NCBI GenBank assembly: GCA_045660545.1
Contig: JAZREA010000002.1
Coordinates: forward strand, 64,008 to 128,007
Length of the DNA: 64,000 bases
Reading direction: 5' to 3'
Source: Clostridia bacterium
Lineage (GTDB): Bacteria; Bacillota; Clostridia; Monoglobales; Firm-18
In this document: in pieces, positions 1-9,012 of the stretch
How positions within the stretch are numbered: position 1 is the stretch's first letter
Layout of the letters: every line of letters begins with the position of its first letter
Position numbers and translations under genes: made by a program
Notes under the pieces: model-generated
What the model was told of the DNA's origin: nothing
What the model saw: only the letters and a program-made list of their open reading frames with translations
The model's database searches: none

Positions 1-1
1 T

Positions 2-1111
2 TTGTCTGTATCTTGTATTTTAAACGGATATTTTACGTCTGTCGGCAGGGTTGCAAAGAGCTCCGCCGTGCAGTTTGCGGAGCTGTTTACAAGAATACTT
101 GTAACGGGGATGCTTCTTAACTGGTTCTTTCCGTCCACTCTCGAATACTCCTGCCTTTCGGTAGTGCTGGGAGGCACGATAGCCGAGACTTTGTCCTGCC
201 TTTATTACCTTATAATATATATGGCAGATTCCAGACGCTATAAACAAAGCGGCAGCTCCAAGGGGATTAAAAGAAGGATAATAAAAATCGCCGTACCCGT
301 GGCGCTAAGCTCGTGTTTAAAGTCGGGCCTTTCGACAATAAAGCATATCTTAATCCCGATTCAGCTTAAAAAGTCGGGCCTTTCTGCGGCGGCTTCCCTT
401 TCCCAATACGGAATAATACAGGGTATGGTTATGCCTGTGATAATGTTTCCGTCTGCGATAGTTGTGGCGTTTTCGTCGCTGATTTTGCCCGAGTTTTCAC
501 AGCTTTATGTAAGCGGAAGCTCACACAAAATCAAAAGCTCAATATCTCGGGTGTTTAAAACAACCCTTTTGTTTTCAATAGGCGTGTCCGCGGTGATGAT
601 TTTTTACTCCGACTTTTTGGGCAGGCGAATTTACAACAGCGCAGAGGCAGGATATTTTATAAGGCTTGTAGCTCCGCTTACTGCCATAATATATCTTGAC
701 ATCGTCGCAGACAGTATATTAAAAGGTATGAATATGCAGGTCGGGGTTGTGAAAATAAACATAATAGATACCATAAGCTGCATAGTTCTGATTTATTTTT
801 TACTGCCGCCATACGCTACAATAGGCTATATTTTTGTAATTTTTATAAGCGAGCTTTTAAACGGATTTTTAAGCGTAAGTATGCTTATAAGGTCTACCGA
901 ATTTGAAATGAAGTTTACAGACTGGATATTAAAGCCGTCTTTGGCGGCGGTGTTAACAGGAGTTTTCATAAATGCTGTTAAGATAGAAAACACTGCCGTT
1001 TCTTTCCTTTGCTTTTCGGGGCTTTATGTGGTGCTTCTCTTTGCGCTTGGCTGTGTAAGAGATAATAAAAACTCCCTCCCTGAAAACACGAGAGGGAGAG
1101 AGCTATCTTAA
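2..1111 (+). CDS. MOP-superfamily flippase, SpoVB-like (5' end cut by window edge)
   Basis: ORF is open at the window start. It is a multi-TM protein whose C-terminal half resembles MurJ/SpoVB-type flippases, and it lies next to dpaAB. Confidence 0.6.
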   Translation: MSVSCILNGYFTSVGRVAKSSAVQFAELFTRILVTGMLLNWFFPSTLEYSCLSVVLGGTIAETLSCLYYLIIYMADSRRYKQSGSSKGIKRRIIKIAVPVALSSCLKSGLSTIKHILIPIQLKKSGLSAAASLSQYGIIQGMVMPVIMFPSAIVVAFSSLILPEFSQLYVSGSSHKIKSSISRVFKTTLLFSIGVSAVMIFYSDFLGRRIYNSAEAGYFIRLVAPLTAIIYLDIVADSILKGMNMQVGVVKINIIDTISCIVLIYFLLPPYATIGYIFVIFISELLNGFLSVSMLIRSTEFEMKFTDWILKPSLAAVLTGVFINAVKIENTAVSFLCFSGLYVVLLFALGCVRDNKNSLPENTRGRELS

Positions 1112-1681
1112 AACGGGTTGCAGCTGTCGCCCACCCAGCGCGGCCTCGGCGGCCTCTTCAATCAAATCGAACTTCGCAACCAAAGAGCCCGGTTTTTTAA
1201 TCGGGTCGTCTTGTTCAAACGGAACGAGGAAATAGTTTTTATAATTCATAAGTATACCGATGTTTTTGGCGCTTGCCCAAAGTCCGTCGTTTGTAGACAC
1301 AGCGATTAAAACGGGGCACCCGTTTCTTATGGTCGCCTTGGCAGCCATTGTAACGGAAGTGTCGTTAATTCCGTTTGCCAGCTTGCCGATAGTGTTGCTT
1401 GTGCAAGGAGCTATAATCATGATGTCCAAAAGGTTTTTAGGCCCTATAAGCTCCGTTTGTGTAATCTTGTGCATCACTGCTCGGCCGCATATTTCCTCCG
1501 CCCTTTTTATAAAGTGCGTAGCCTCGCCAAATCGGGTGGAAGTGGTATAAACCGAGTCGGACATAACAGGTGTAACGTCTGCACCAAGGCTCACAAGCCT
1601 CTGCATAGCCGCAAAGGATTTATCCAGCGTACAAAACGAGCCTGTAAAGCCGTATCCTATTTTTACATTTTCAAACCCCAC
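1103..1681 (-). CDS. dpaB: Dipicolinate synthase subunit B
   Basis: 192 aa flavoprotein-fold protein with GFTGSFCT and APCTSNT motifs as in SpoVFB. It starts 3 nt after the dpaA stop. Confidence 0.85.
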   Translation of the reverse strand: MGFENVKIGYGFTGSFCTLDKSFAAMQRLVSLGADVTPVMSDSVYTTSTRFGEATHFIKRAEEICGRAVMHKITQTELIGPKNLLDIMIIAPCTSNTIGKLANGINDTSVTMAAKATIRNGCPVLIAVSTNDGLWASAKNIGILMNYKNYFLVPFEQDDPIKKPGSLVAKFDLIEEAAEAALGGRQLQPVLR

Positions 1682-1684
1682 GTT

Positions 1685-2512
1685 TTACACCTCCATTTCC
1701 ATAAGCGTTTTTACAATCGAGTCTTTCAATATTTCCGCCGCCGATACCGGGCTTAGCTTGCCGGGCAGACCGGAGGCTATTATGACCTTTCTTCCCATAG
1801 CCTTTGCCGTGGCCATATCAATTCCGTATGGCTTGCTTGCCAGCTCTATAAGCAGGACGTTTTTTCCTATCTTACTAAGCGCCTCACAGCCTATCACCGT
1901 CTTTGGAACTGTGTTGAATATTATGTCGTACTCGCCTATGGAGTCGACAATGTTTCTTGTGTTTTTTGCAGTCATTCCCATCACTTCCAAAAGGGCGCGC
2001 TCGCTTTCCCTTCTTGAAGAGACCGTAACCTTTGCCCCCATATCCTTTAAAAGTCTTGCAAGCACCTTGCCTATTCTGCCGTAGCCAATTACAAGACACC
2101 TGCTGTTGTAAATGGTAGCGTCGCTGTTTTCCATCGCAATTTGCAGAGCTCCTTCTGCGGTGGGGACGGCGTTTTTTACTTTTACCTCTTCTGTGTCGTA
2201 ATAGTCTGCCATGTTGTACCCAAGCCCGCCGCACATTCCGCCAAGCACCGTCTGGGACGAGGACAAAAGGTGGAATATCTCGTCGAGCTTTACCTCTGAA
2301 TTAAGCATAGGCGCGTTAAGACAAAATCCGTCAAGGCTAACGGGAACGGGGAATACCACAACGTCAAATTCGCCGATGCGGTCAACAGAAACGTCCTCTG
2401 CAAGCCCCAGCGCGCATGAGCTTACCCTAAAGCCTTGTTCTATAAGCATTTTACGGATATAAAGCTGCCTTTTGTCGCCGCCGCATATTAAAACACTTTT
2501 ACAGTAATCCAT
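1685..2512 (-). CDS. dpaA: Dipicolinate synthase subunit A
   Basis: 275 aa with the Rossmann motif GYGRIGK. Domain order matches SpoVFA, and it is co-oriented directly upstream of dpaB. Confidence 0.85.
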   Translation of the reverse strand: MDYCKSVLICGGDKRQLYIRKMLIEQGFRVSSCALGLAEDVSVDRIGEFDVVVFPVPVSLDGFCLNAPMLNSEVKLDEIFHLLSSSQTVLGGMCGGLGYNMADYYDTEEVKVKNAVPTAEGALQIAMENSDATIYNSRCLVIGYGRIGKVLARLLKDMGAKVTVSSRRESERALLEVMGMTAKNTRNIVDSIGEYDIIFNTVPKTVIGCEALSKIGKNVLLIELASKPYGIDMATAKAMGRKVIIASGLPGKLSPVSAAEILKDSIVKTLMEMEV

Positions 2513-2672
2513 ATAACACCAACCTCTTTTAAGCCGGATGCGGACTTTTTCCGCGCCCGGCAGCTGGCAGCATACTTGCCGCTGCTTTAATACATTATAT
2601 TTTTAAATATCGTGTTTTGTGAAACGCGGGAAGATTAAAGATAAATGTTTGTAAAAAATCCTCTTTATAAGA

Positions 2673-2701
2673 TTGACAATTTTTTTCATATGTGCTATAC
2701 T
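2673..2701 (+). promoter_or_regulatory. Sigma-A type promoter for the 2730 gene
   Basis: TTGACA (2673-2678), 17-nt spacer, TGcTATACT extended -10 (2696-2701). Confidence 0.6.
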
Positions 2702-2729
2702 GTGGTATATATGAAATGGGGGAAAGACA

Positions 2730-3692
2730 ATGATAGCTTTTATTAAAAAATGGCAAAACTTGATTTTGGGTCTGCTTATAGCTCTTTTTATAGGCTTGTT
2801 GTTAGGGCAGTCGATTTCTTTAACGGGTGCTCACGACGTTAATATTAAAGACTTTTCTATAATGAGAACGGTAAGCGTTTCTTATAACAGCGACGTTCAG
2901 GCCAGCCTAAGAGTGTTCCAGGAGGAAATCGGAGACAAGTACAGCCTGGACGCAATGTACAACTCTGCATACGCTCTTCTTTTGTTCGGCGTACTTGCTA
3001 TGGTTCTTTGCTTTAAGGGATATAACAAGTCCTTTGCGTCAAAGGTTACTGCTTTGGCATATTCGCTTTATTCACTTTATGTGTTGACTATGTCGGCTAA
3101 CCTTGGTTATATTTACAGAACATACGACAAAAACTACATATTCAAAATAGTTGTTGCTGTTTTGATTTTGGCGTTTGCAGTTGGCGGAATTATTGAAATG
3201 CTTAAAAAGCTTGCCGCTGACGGCTGGTTTGAAAAGGTTAACATCCACGCGTTCCTAAACGCAGCAAGCGCGCTTATAATTCTTCTTACCACAGCGCTTA
3301 TGTTCGTGCCGTTTGTTTTTGACAAGGCAAAGACTGCTTCAATAATGGGCTTTGTTCTTTTGCCGAGCAACTACAAGAGCACACTTATACCTTACCTTAC
3401 ATCACACATTGATAACTATCAGATAAACTACACAGTTATGCTTCCGGTTGCGATGCTTTTGCTCGCTGTAATCGGTACGCTTATGTTGCTCCGTTCTCAC
3501 AAGAGCGCAACGCCGACAATCCTTGCTCTTGTTTGGGCTGTTTTGGGTGTTGTAGGCTTCTTGTTCAATCAGCTGCTCGCACTTGACCCGAAGGTTATAG
3601 TGTACATGGTTCTTTTTGTTGCAGTTATCGCGCTGTCGGTTATCAACCTCGTACAGTTTGATAAGGTTAAAAAGATATTGGAACAGGATTAA
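2730..3692 (+). CDS. Polytopic membrane protein, unknown function
   Basis: 320 aa ORF with many hydrophobic segments. It has a GGGGGA RBS, its own promoter and its own terminator. No family recognised. Confidence 0.6.
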   Translation: MIAFIKKWQNLILGLLIALFIGLLLGQSISLTGAHDVNIKDFSIMRTVSVSYNSDVQASLRVFQEEIGDKYSLDAMYNSAYALLLFGVLAMVLCFKGYNKSFASKVTALAYSLYSLYVLTMSANLGYIYRTYDKNYIFKIVVAVLILAFAVGGIIEMLKKLAADGWFEKVNIHAFLNAASALIILLTTALMFVPFVFDKAKTASIMGFVLLPSNYKSTLIPYLTSHIDNYQINYTVMLPVAMLLLAVIGTLMLLRSHKSATPTILALVWAVLGVVGFLFNQLLALDPKVIVYMVLFVAVIALSVINLVQFDKVKKILEQD

Positions 3693-3712
3693 TTTTAAAT
3701 ATTTGAGTTTTC

Positions 3713-3747
3713 AAAGCTTTCCTCTAAAAAAGGAAAGCTTTTGTTTT
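3713..3747 (+). terminator. Rho-independent terminator
   Basis: 11-bp stem AAAGCTTTCCT/AGGAAAGCTTT, 7-nt loop, then TGTTTT. Confidence 0.75.
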
Positions 3748-3808
3748 AAACACCGTTATGCTTACAGCGGACAAAACTATAATAAGTAGGCAGAAAGGAC
3801 GAATTAAA

Positions 3809-4999
3809 GTGGAATTTAAAATATCTGACCGAATGAGTAAAATCAAGGGCTCTGCTATCAGGGAGATTTTCAAGGCGCTTGCCGACCCCGAGGTTATATC
3901 CCTTGCGGGAGGCAATCCTGCTCCGGAGCTCTTCCCTGCCAAAGAGATGGCAATAATTGCAAACAACATATTGGAGAACAACCCCGTAACTGCCTTGCAG
4001 TACGGCATCACAGAGGGTTACACACCCCTTCGCGAGCTTGTTAAGGATATGCTTGCCGAAAGAGAGAACATCACAGCCGACTTTAACGAAACGATAATTG
4101 TTTCGGGCGGTCAGCAGGGCATAGAGCTTGCAACAAAGTGCCTTGTAAATTCGGGAGACACCGTTATCGTAGAGGAGCCCAGCTTTATAGGCGCTCTTAA
4201 TGCCTTTCGTTCGTACGGCGCTAACCTTGTTGGCGTACCCGTTGAGGACGACGGAATGAACATTTCCGCTTTGGAAAAGGCGATTTCGGAAAACAAAAAT
4301 GTAAAGCTTATATACACAATCCCTACGTTCCAGAACCCGTCAGGTATCACGATGTCCGTAGAAAAGAGAAAGGCTCTTTACGAAATTGCCCGTAAAAACG
4401 GTATCGTAATAATAGAGGACAACCCTTACGGAGAGCTTGTGTTTGACGGCGAAAAGATGCCGACTATCAAGTCTATGGATACGGAAGGAATAGTTATTTA
4501 CAGCGGTTCTTTCTCCAAGATTTTGGCTCCGGGAATAAGAATCGGCTTTGTAAGCGCTCACAAGAGCATAGTCGAAAAGATGGTTATCGCAAAGCAGGTT
4601 TCCGACGTGCATACCCCTGTTCTTACCCAGATGATTGCTTACGAATATATAAAGGAATACGGCCTTGACAAGCATATTGCAGAGATAAGAAAGCTTTATA
4701 GGAACAAGTGCCGTACAATGCTTGATGCAATAGACAAGTACTTCCCCAAGGGCGTTAAACACACTACGCCAAACGGCGGTCTTTTCATCTGGTGCGAGCT
4801 TGAGGGCGACTACAATATGGACGAAATCGCGCGTAAGTTTACGGAGAAAAAGGTAGCCTGCGTTCCGGGCTCTACGTTTATGACCGACCTTGATAAGCCT
4901 TGCTCCGCTTTTCGTCTTAACTATTCCACAGTTACTGATGAAAAAATCGAAAAGGGAATTAAGATTTTAGGAGAAGTTTTAAGCGATATTTTGCGCTAA
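3809..4999 (+). CDS. PLP-dependent aminotransferase (class I/II)
   Basis: Carries the SAIREI N-terminal motif and the SFSK PLP-lysine box. A GTG start at 3809 is preferred (AAAGGA 9 nt upstream), although the ORF opens at 3758. Confidence 0.8.
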   Translation: MEFKISDRMSKIKGSAIREIFKALADPEVISLAGGNPAPELFPAKEMAIIANNILENNPVTALQYGITEGYTPLRELVKDMLAERENITADFNETIIVSGGQQGIELATKCLVNSGDTVIVEEPSFIGALNAFRSYGANLVGVPVEDDGMNISALEKAISENKNVKLIYTIPTFQNPSGITMSVEKRKALYEIARKNGIVIIEDNPYGELVFDGEKMPTIKSMDTEGIVIYSGSFSKILAPGIRIGFVSAHKSIVEKMVIAKQVSDVHTPVLTQMIAYEYIKEYGLDKHIAEIRKLYRNKCRTMLDAIDKYFPKGVKHTTPNGGLFIWCELEGDYNMDEIARKFTEKKVACVPGSTFMTDLDKPCSAFRLNYSTVTDEKIEKGIKILGEVLSDILR

Positions 5000-5066
5000 A
5001 CATAAGACAGGATTTTTTCACCTTTTTCGGTTAAAATATAACCGATGCGTAAAGAGAGGATATACC

Positions 5067-6014
5067 ATGACAGACAAACTTTCCCTCGCCCTGATGGTGG
5101 GCGAAAACGTAACTCTAAACGTAATTTCAGTATTTTTGCTTGTTGCGGTAGGCTTTGTACTTGCGAAAAAGAAGATGCTGACCCCCGACGGAACAAAACA
5201 AATGACAGAGATGATTCTTTATATTGTTGTTCCGACTGTGTTTATAAACGCATACCAAAGAGACTTCGACATACAGTTGCTTAAAAACTTGGGTCTTGTG
5301 CTGTTGTTTGCGCTTATAGTGCATGTTATCAGCATAATATTTGCTCCGTTCTTCTTCAAAGACCGTGGGGACAAAACCGACCGAATAGGCATATATAGTA
5401 CAGTTTATTCCAACTGCGGATTTATCGCCCTGCCTTTGGTCAACTCGCTTTACGGCAGCGAAGGCGTTTTTTACGCAGTGGCATACATAACGGTGTTTGC
5501 GGTTTTGTACTGGACACACGGTGTTTACGTATACACAAAGGACGTAAAGCAGCTTTCGTTTAAAAAAGCCTTTTTAAGTCCCGGTCCAATAGGCGCAATT
5601 ATCGGAATCGCCCTTTTCCTTTTAAGGATACGGCTTCCCGAACCGATACTTAAAACGACAGAGTTTATCTCGTCGCTTAACACTCCGCTTCCTATGATGA
5701 TTTTGGGTACATACCTTGTGGGGTTTGATATAAAGGCGGCTTTAAAGGACGGCCGAACATGGATGGTTAACGTGCTCAGGCTGATAGTGGCGCCGATTGT
5801 GGGAATCGTTGTTGCAAAGCTCCTTAACTTATCGGAAGTGCCTGCTATGACAATGGTGCTGTCGTGTGCGTGTCCCGTTGCGGCAATAGCGGCTCTTTTT
5901 GCAGCAAGATACTCTCTTGACAGCAAGTACGCGTCTCAGATGGTTTCGATAAGCACTATCCTTTCGATAGTTACCATCCCGCTGATTATGGTTTTGGCTA
6001 CATTAATTCTGTAA
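5067..6014 (+). CDS. AEC-family (auxin efflux carrier type) transporter
   Basis: 315 aa polytopic protein with the typical AEC/malate-permease-like two-half architecture. RBS is AGAGAGGA. Confidence 0.7.
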   Translation: MTDKLSLALMVGENVTLNVISVFLLVAVGFVLAKKKMLTPDGTKQMTEMILYIVVPTVFINAYQRDFDIQLLKNLGLVLLFALIVHVISIIFAPFFFKDRGDKTDRIGIYSTVYSNCGFIALPLVNSLYGSEGVFYAVAYITVFAVLYWTHGVYVYTKDVKQLSFKKAFLSPGPIGAIIGIALFLLRIRLPEPILKTTEFISSLNTPLPMMILGTYLVGFDIKAALKDGRTWMVNVLRLIVAPIVGIVVAKLLNLSEVPAMTMVLSCACPVAAIAALFAARYSLDSKYASQMVSISTILSIVTIPLIMVLATLIL

Positions 6015-6033
6015 TGATAGAGAGGACAACTTT

Positions 6034-7953
6034 ATGAAAGACGGTTTTTTAAAGGTAGCGGCGTGCGACCTTAGGGTAAAGGTTGCAGATGTGTTTTATA
6101 ACACACAACAAATTAAAGAGGCGATAACAGAAGCGGACGAAAAGTCGGTTAATGTTTTGGTTTTGCCCGAGCTTTGTGTTACGGGCTATACTTGCGCAGA
6201 CCTCTTCTTTTCGGAAAAGCTCCTTACTTCTGCCAAAAAGGCACTTTTGGATATCGTCAGGTTTACCGAGGGCAAATACTGCGTAGTTATCGTGAGCTTG
6301 CCATTGGCTGTAAGAGGTAAGCTTTATAACTGCGCCGCAGTGGTATGCAACGGATGTATCTTAGGCGTTGTGCCGAAGAAGAACCTTCCAAATTACGGCG
6401 GCTATTACGAAAAGCGCTGCTTCTCCGCCCTGGACGACGGCCAGGACGGGCTTTATATAGAGCTTGGCGGAGCAAGCGTTCCGTTTGGTAACGACCTTGT
6501 TTTTGAAAACAAAGAGATGGAAAACTACACCTTTGGCGTAGAGATTTGTGAAGATTTGTGGGCGCCTGTATCTCCTGCTCAAAGGCTCTGCCTTGGTGGC
6601 GCGATGATGATGTTTAACGCGTCTGCTTCCGACGAGACAGTCGGCAGAACGGAAAGCCGCACACTTTTTGTACAGTCTACTTCTGCAAGGCTTCTTTGCG
6701 GCTATGTTTTTGCAAGCGCGGGTTACACAGAGTCTACTCAGGACGTGGTCTTTTCGGGCCACCACATCATAGCGGAGATGGGGACAATCCTTGCGCAAAA
6801 GCCTTCGCTTAAAGATGCAGGTATGATTGTTTCGGAAATAGATGTTAACCGCCTCGCTTCAATCAGGCGTAAAAATACTACCTTCGTTTTGGATAAATAC
6901 GACGAGGTTAGGCATATCACTTTTTCCCAGGAGATAAAAGAGACTTCTCTTACGAGAAAGTTTGCGAAAAACCCGTTCGTCCCTTCGGATGAAAACAAGC
7001 GCAATAAGCGCATAGAGACAGTTTTGAACATACAGTCCTACGGCCTTGCAAGACGTATTGAACATACGAACGCCGGTTGTTGTGTAATCGGTATTTCAGG
7101 AGGGCTTGACAGCACCCTTGCGCTTTTGGTTGCTTCTCGCGCGATGGATATCTTAAAGCGCCCGAGGACAGACATCCTTGCGATAACTATGCCGTGCTTC
7201 GGAACGACAAAGCGCACACATTCCAATTCCGAAAAGCTTTGTAAAATATTGGGCGTATCGTTTAAAGAGATAAATATCAAAAAGGCGGTAAGCCAACATT
7301 TTGAAGACATAGGTCAGGACAAAGACACCTTTGACGTAACGTTTGAAAATTCCCAGGCGAGAGAGCGCACACAGGTTTTGATGGATGTTGCGAACAAAAG
7401 CGGGGGGCTGGTTGTCGGCACAGGCGACCTTTCCGAGCTTGCGCTTGGCTGGGCGACCTATAACGGAGACCATATGTCGATGTACGGCGTTAATGCTTCT
7501 GTGCCTAAAACACTTGTGCGACACACCGTTCGTTACGAGGCAGAGCGCGCCGGGGGAGAGCTTTGCGAGGTTCTTATGGATATTTTGGACACTCCCGTGT
7601 CTCCCGAGCTTTTGCCTGTGGACAAAGACGGCAACATAGCGCAAAAGACAGAGGACCTTGTTGGCCCTTACGCGCTTCACGACTTTTTCCTTTATCATAT
7701 GATAAAGTACGGCTCGTCTCCTAAAAAGATTTTCCGTCTTGCTTGTCTTGTGTTTGAAGACGAATATTCCGAGGAAGTTATTAAGCATTGGCTCAAAACT
7801 TTTGTAAGAAGGTTTTTTGCCCAGCAGTTTAAGCGCTCGTGTATGCCCGACGGCCCAAAGATTGGTCCCGTTAACCTGTCTCCGAGAGGCGACTGGCGTA
7901 TGCCGACCGATGCTTGTTCAAGGCTGTGGATAAACGAAGCCGAAAGTTTATAG
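6034..7953 (+). CDS. nadE: Glutamine-dependent NAD+ synthetase
   Basis: N-terminal CN-hydrolase domain (LPELCVTGY, EICEDLW) fused to a PP-loop NAD synthetase domain (SGGLDS). Confidence 0.9.
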   Translation: MKDGFLKVAACDLRVKVADVFYNTQQIKEAITEADEKSVNVLVLPELCVTGYTCADLFFSEKLLTSAKKALLDIVRFTEGKYCVVIVSLPLAVRGKLYNCAAVVCNGCILGVVPKKNLPNYGGYYEKRCFSALDDGQDGLYIELGGASVPFGNDLVFENKEMENYTFGVEICEDLWAPVSPAQRLCLGGAMMMFNASASDETVGRTESRTLFVQSTSARLLCGYVFASAGYTESTQDVVFSGHHIIAEMGTILAQKPSLKDAGMIVSEIDVNRLASIRRKNTTFVLDKYDEVRHITFSQEIKETSLTRKFAKNPFVPSDENKRNKRIETVLNIQSYGLARRIEHTNAGCCVIGISGGLDSTLALLVASRAMDILKRPRTDILAITMPCFGTTKRTHSNSEKLCKILGVSFKEINIKKAVSQHFEDIGQDKDTFDVTFENSQARERTQVLMDVANKSGGLVVGTGDLSELALGWATYNGDHMSMYGVNASVPKTLVRHTVRYEAERAGGELCEVLMDILDTPVSPELLPVDKDGNIAQKTEDLVGPYALHDFFLYHMIKYGSSPKKIFRLACLVFEDEYSEEVIKHWLKTFVRRFFAQQFKRSCMPDGPKIGPVNLSPRGDWRMPTDACSRLWINEAESL

Positions 7954-7992
7954 GGGCGATAGCAAAATGCGCATACCACACAATGCGCCAAA
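7954..7992 (+). repeat. 39-nt conserved motif, copy A (sense with nadE)
   Basis: GGGCGATAGCAAAATGCGCATACCACACAATGCGCCAAA begins 1 nt after the nadE stop. It is 38/39 identical to the reverse complement of 43028-43066 and contains the hairpin GCGCAT-N8-ATGCGC. Confidence 0.9.
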
Positions 7993-8047
7993 ATGCTTAA
8001 TAAAAGTTCTTTGTTCGGTATAAACAGATGAAATAATATATTTTTCA

Positions 8048-8085
8048 GGAAGAAATTCGATTGTCCTCGAATTTCTTCTTTTTTA
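8048..8085 (+). terminator. Rho-independent terminator of nadE
   Basis: Stem GGAAGAAATTCGA/TCGAATTTCTTC, loop TTGTCC, then TTTTTT. Confidence 0.85.
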
Positions 8086-8209
8086 TTGCATTGTGTTTCG
8101 AACAAACTTCGCCTCTCGACGTACCTTTGTACGCCTTCGGGTATCCGAAAGCAAGGCGAAACCTTGCTTTCGCTCAGTTTGTCCAATCTGCGCTATTTTT
8201 CGTCCGCCC

Positions 8210-8250
8210 AAAAAAAGGCTGTATCAAAATGATTTCATTTCGATACAGCC
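8210..8250 (-). terminator. Rho-independent terminator of the BI-1 family gene
   Basis: Long hairpin GGCTGTATC...GATACAGCC. In the minus sense it is followed by a 7-U run (A-run 8210-8216 on the plus strand). Confidence 0.8.
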
Positions 8251-8279
8251 TCTTTGCTTTATTTTTATTCTACACCCTA

Positions 8280-8993
8280 TTAATCTCTTCGGTTGCCGAA
8301 AATTCTAAGGATATATAAGAAGATGTTTATAAAATCAAGGTAGAGCGAAAGCGCACCTAAAATTCCGATTTTCCTTTGCATCTGGTAATCGCCCGTTGAC
8401 GAGTAGTAAAACGACTTTAACTTTTGCGTATCAAACGCTACAAGCCCCGAGAACAACGCTACCGCGATAAAGGAAATCAAAAGGTCAAACTGCGAGCTTC
8501 TGACAAACATATTTATAACCGAAGCCACAATAATTCCAATTAACGCCATTGTAAAAATGCTGCCAATTTTGGTCAGGTCGTTTTTAGTAACCATACCGTA
8601 AATCGCCATAACGCCGAACGCAACCGACGTCGTAACAAAAGCGGTGTAAACAGTGCCGATGTCGTAGAGTATAAACACGCTCGCAAGCGTCATCCCGTTG
8701 ATAACAGCGTATGCGTAAAACAGGGCGGTTGCGGAAGAATAGCTAAGCCTTGACACCCTCGCTGAGAGCGAAAAGACGATAACAAGCTCTGCAACAACTA
8801 AAAGTATCATCATAGGCGAGCTAAATATCAGCCTTATCATAGTCTGGCTTGTTGCGGTGAAGAATGCTGCCGCCGCAGTAACCAAAAGGGCGATAAACAT
8901 CCTGCCAAACACTTTTGAAATATAAGCATTAAGCCCCTGTTGTACATCAATCTGTCCGGGGCTTTTTGAAAACTCTTCGTACAAAAACAACAT
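8280..8993 (-). CDS. Bax inhibitor-1/YccA family membrane protein
   Basis: 237 aa, seven-TM pattern with the N-terminal motif NAYISKVFGRMF typical of the BI-1/YccA family. The exact start is uncertain because the SD abuts the first ATG. Confidence 0.75.
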   Translation of the reverse strand: MLFLYEEFSKSPGQIDVQQGLNAYISKVFGRMFIALLVTAAAAFFTATSQTMIRLIFSSPMMILLVVAELVIVFSLSARVSRLSYSSATALFYAYAVINGMTLASVFILYDIGTVYTAFVTTSVAFGVMAIYGMVTKNDLTKIGSIFTMALIGIIVASVINMFVRSSQFDLLISFIAVALFSGLVAFDTQKLKSFYYSSTGDYQMQRKIGILGALSLYLDFINIFLYILRIFGNRRD

Positions 8994-9012
8994 CCCCTTT
9001 TTTAAAAAATAA

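Noticed and set aside
7967-8023. 18-codon ORF (MRIPHNAPKCLIKVLCSV) inside copy A of the 39-nt motif.
   Set aside because: It has no SD. The single mismatch in copy B changes its ATG to CTG, and the sequence diverges right after the shared motif. Conservation is therefore at the nucleotide level, not the peptide level.
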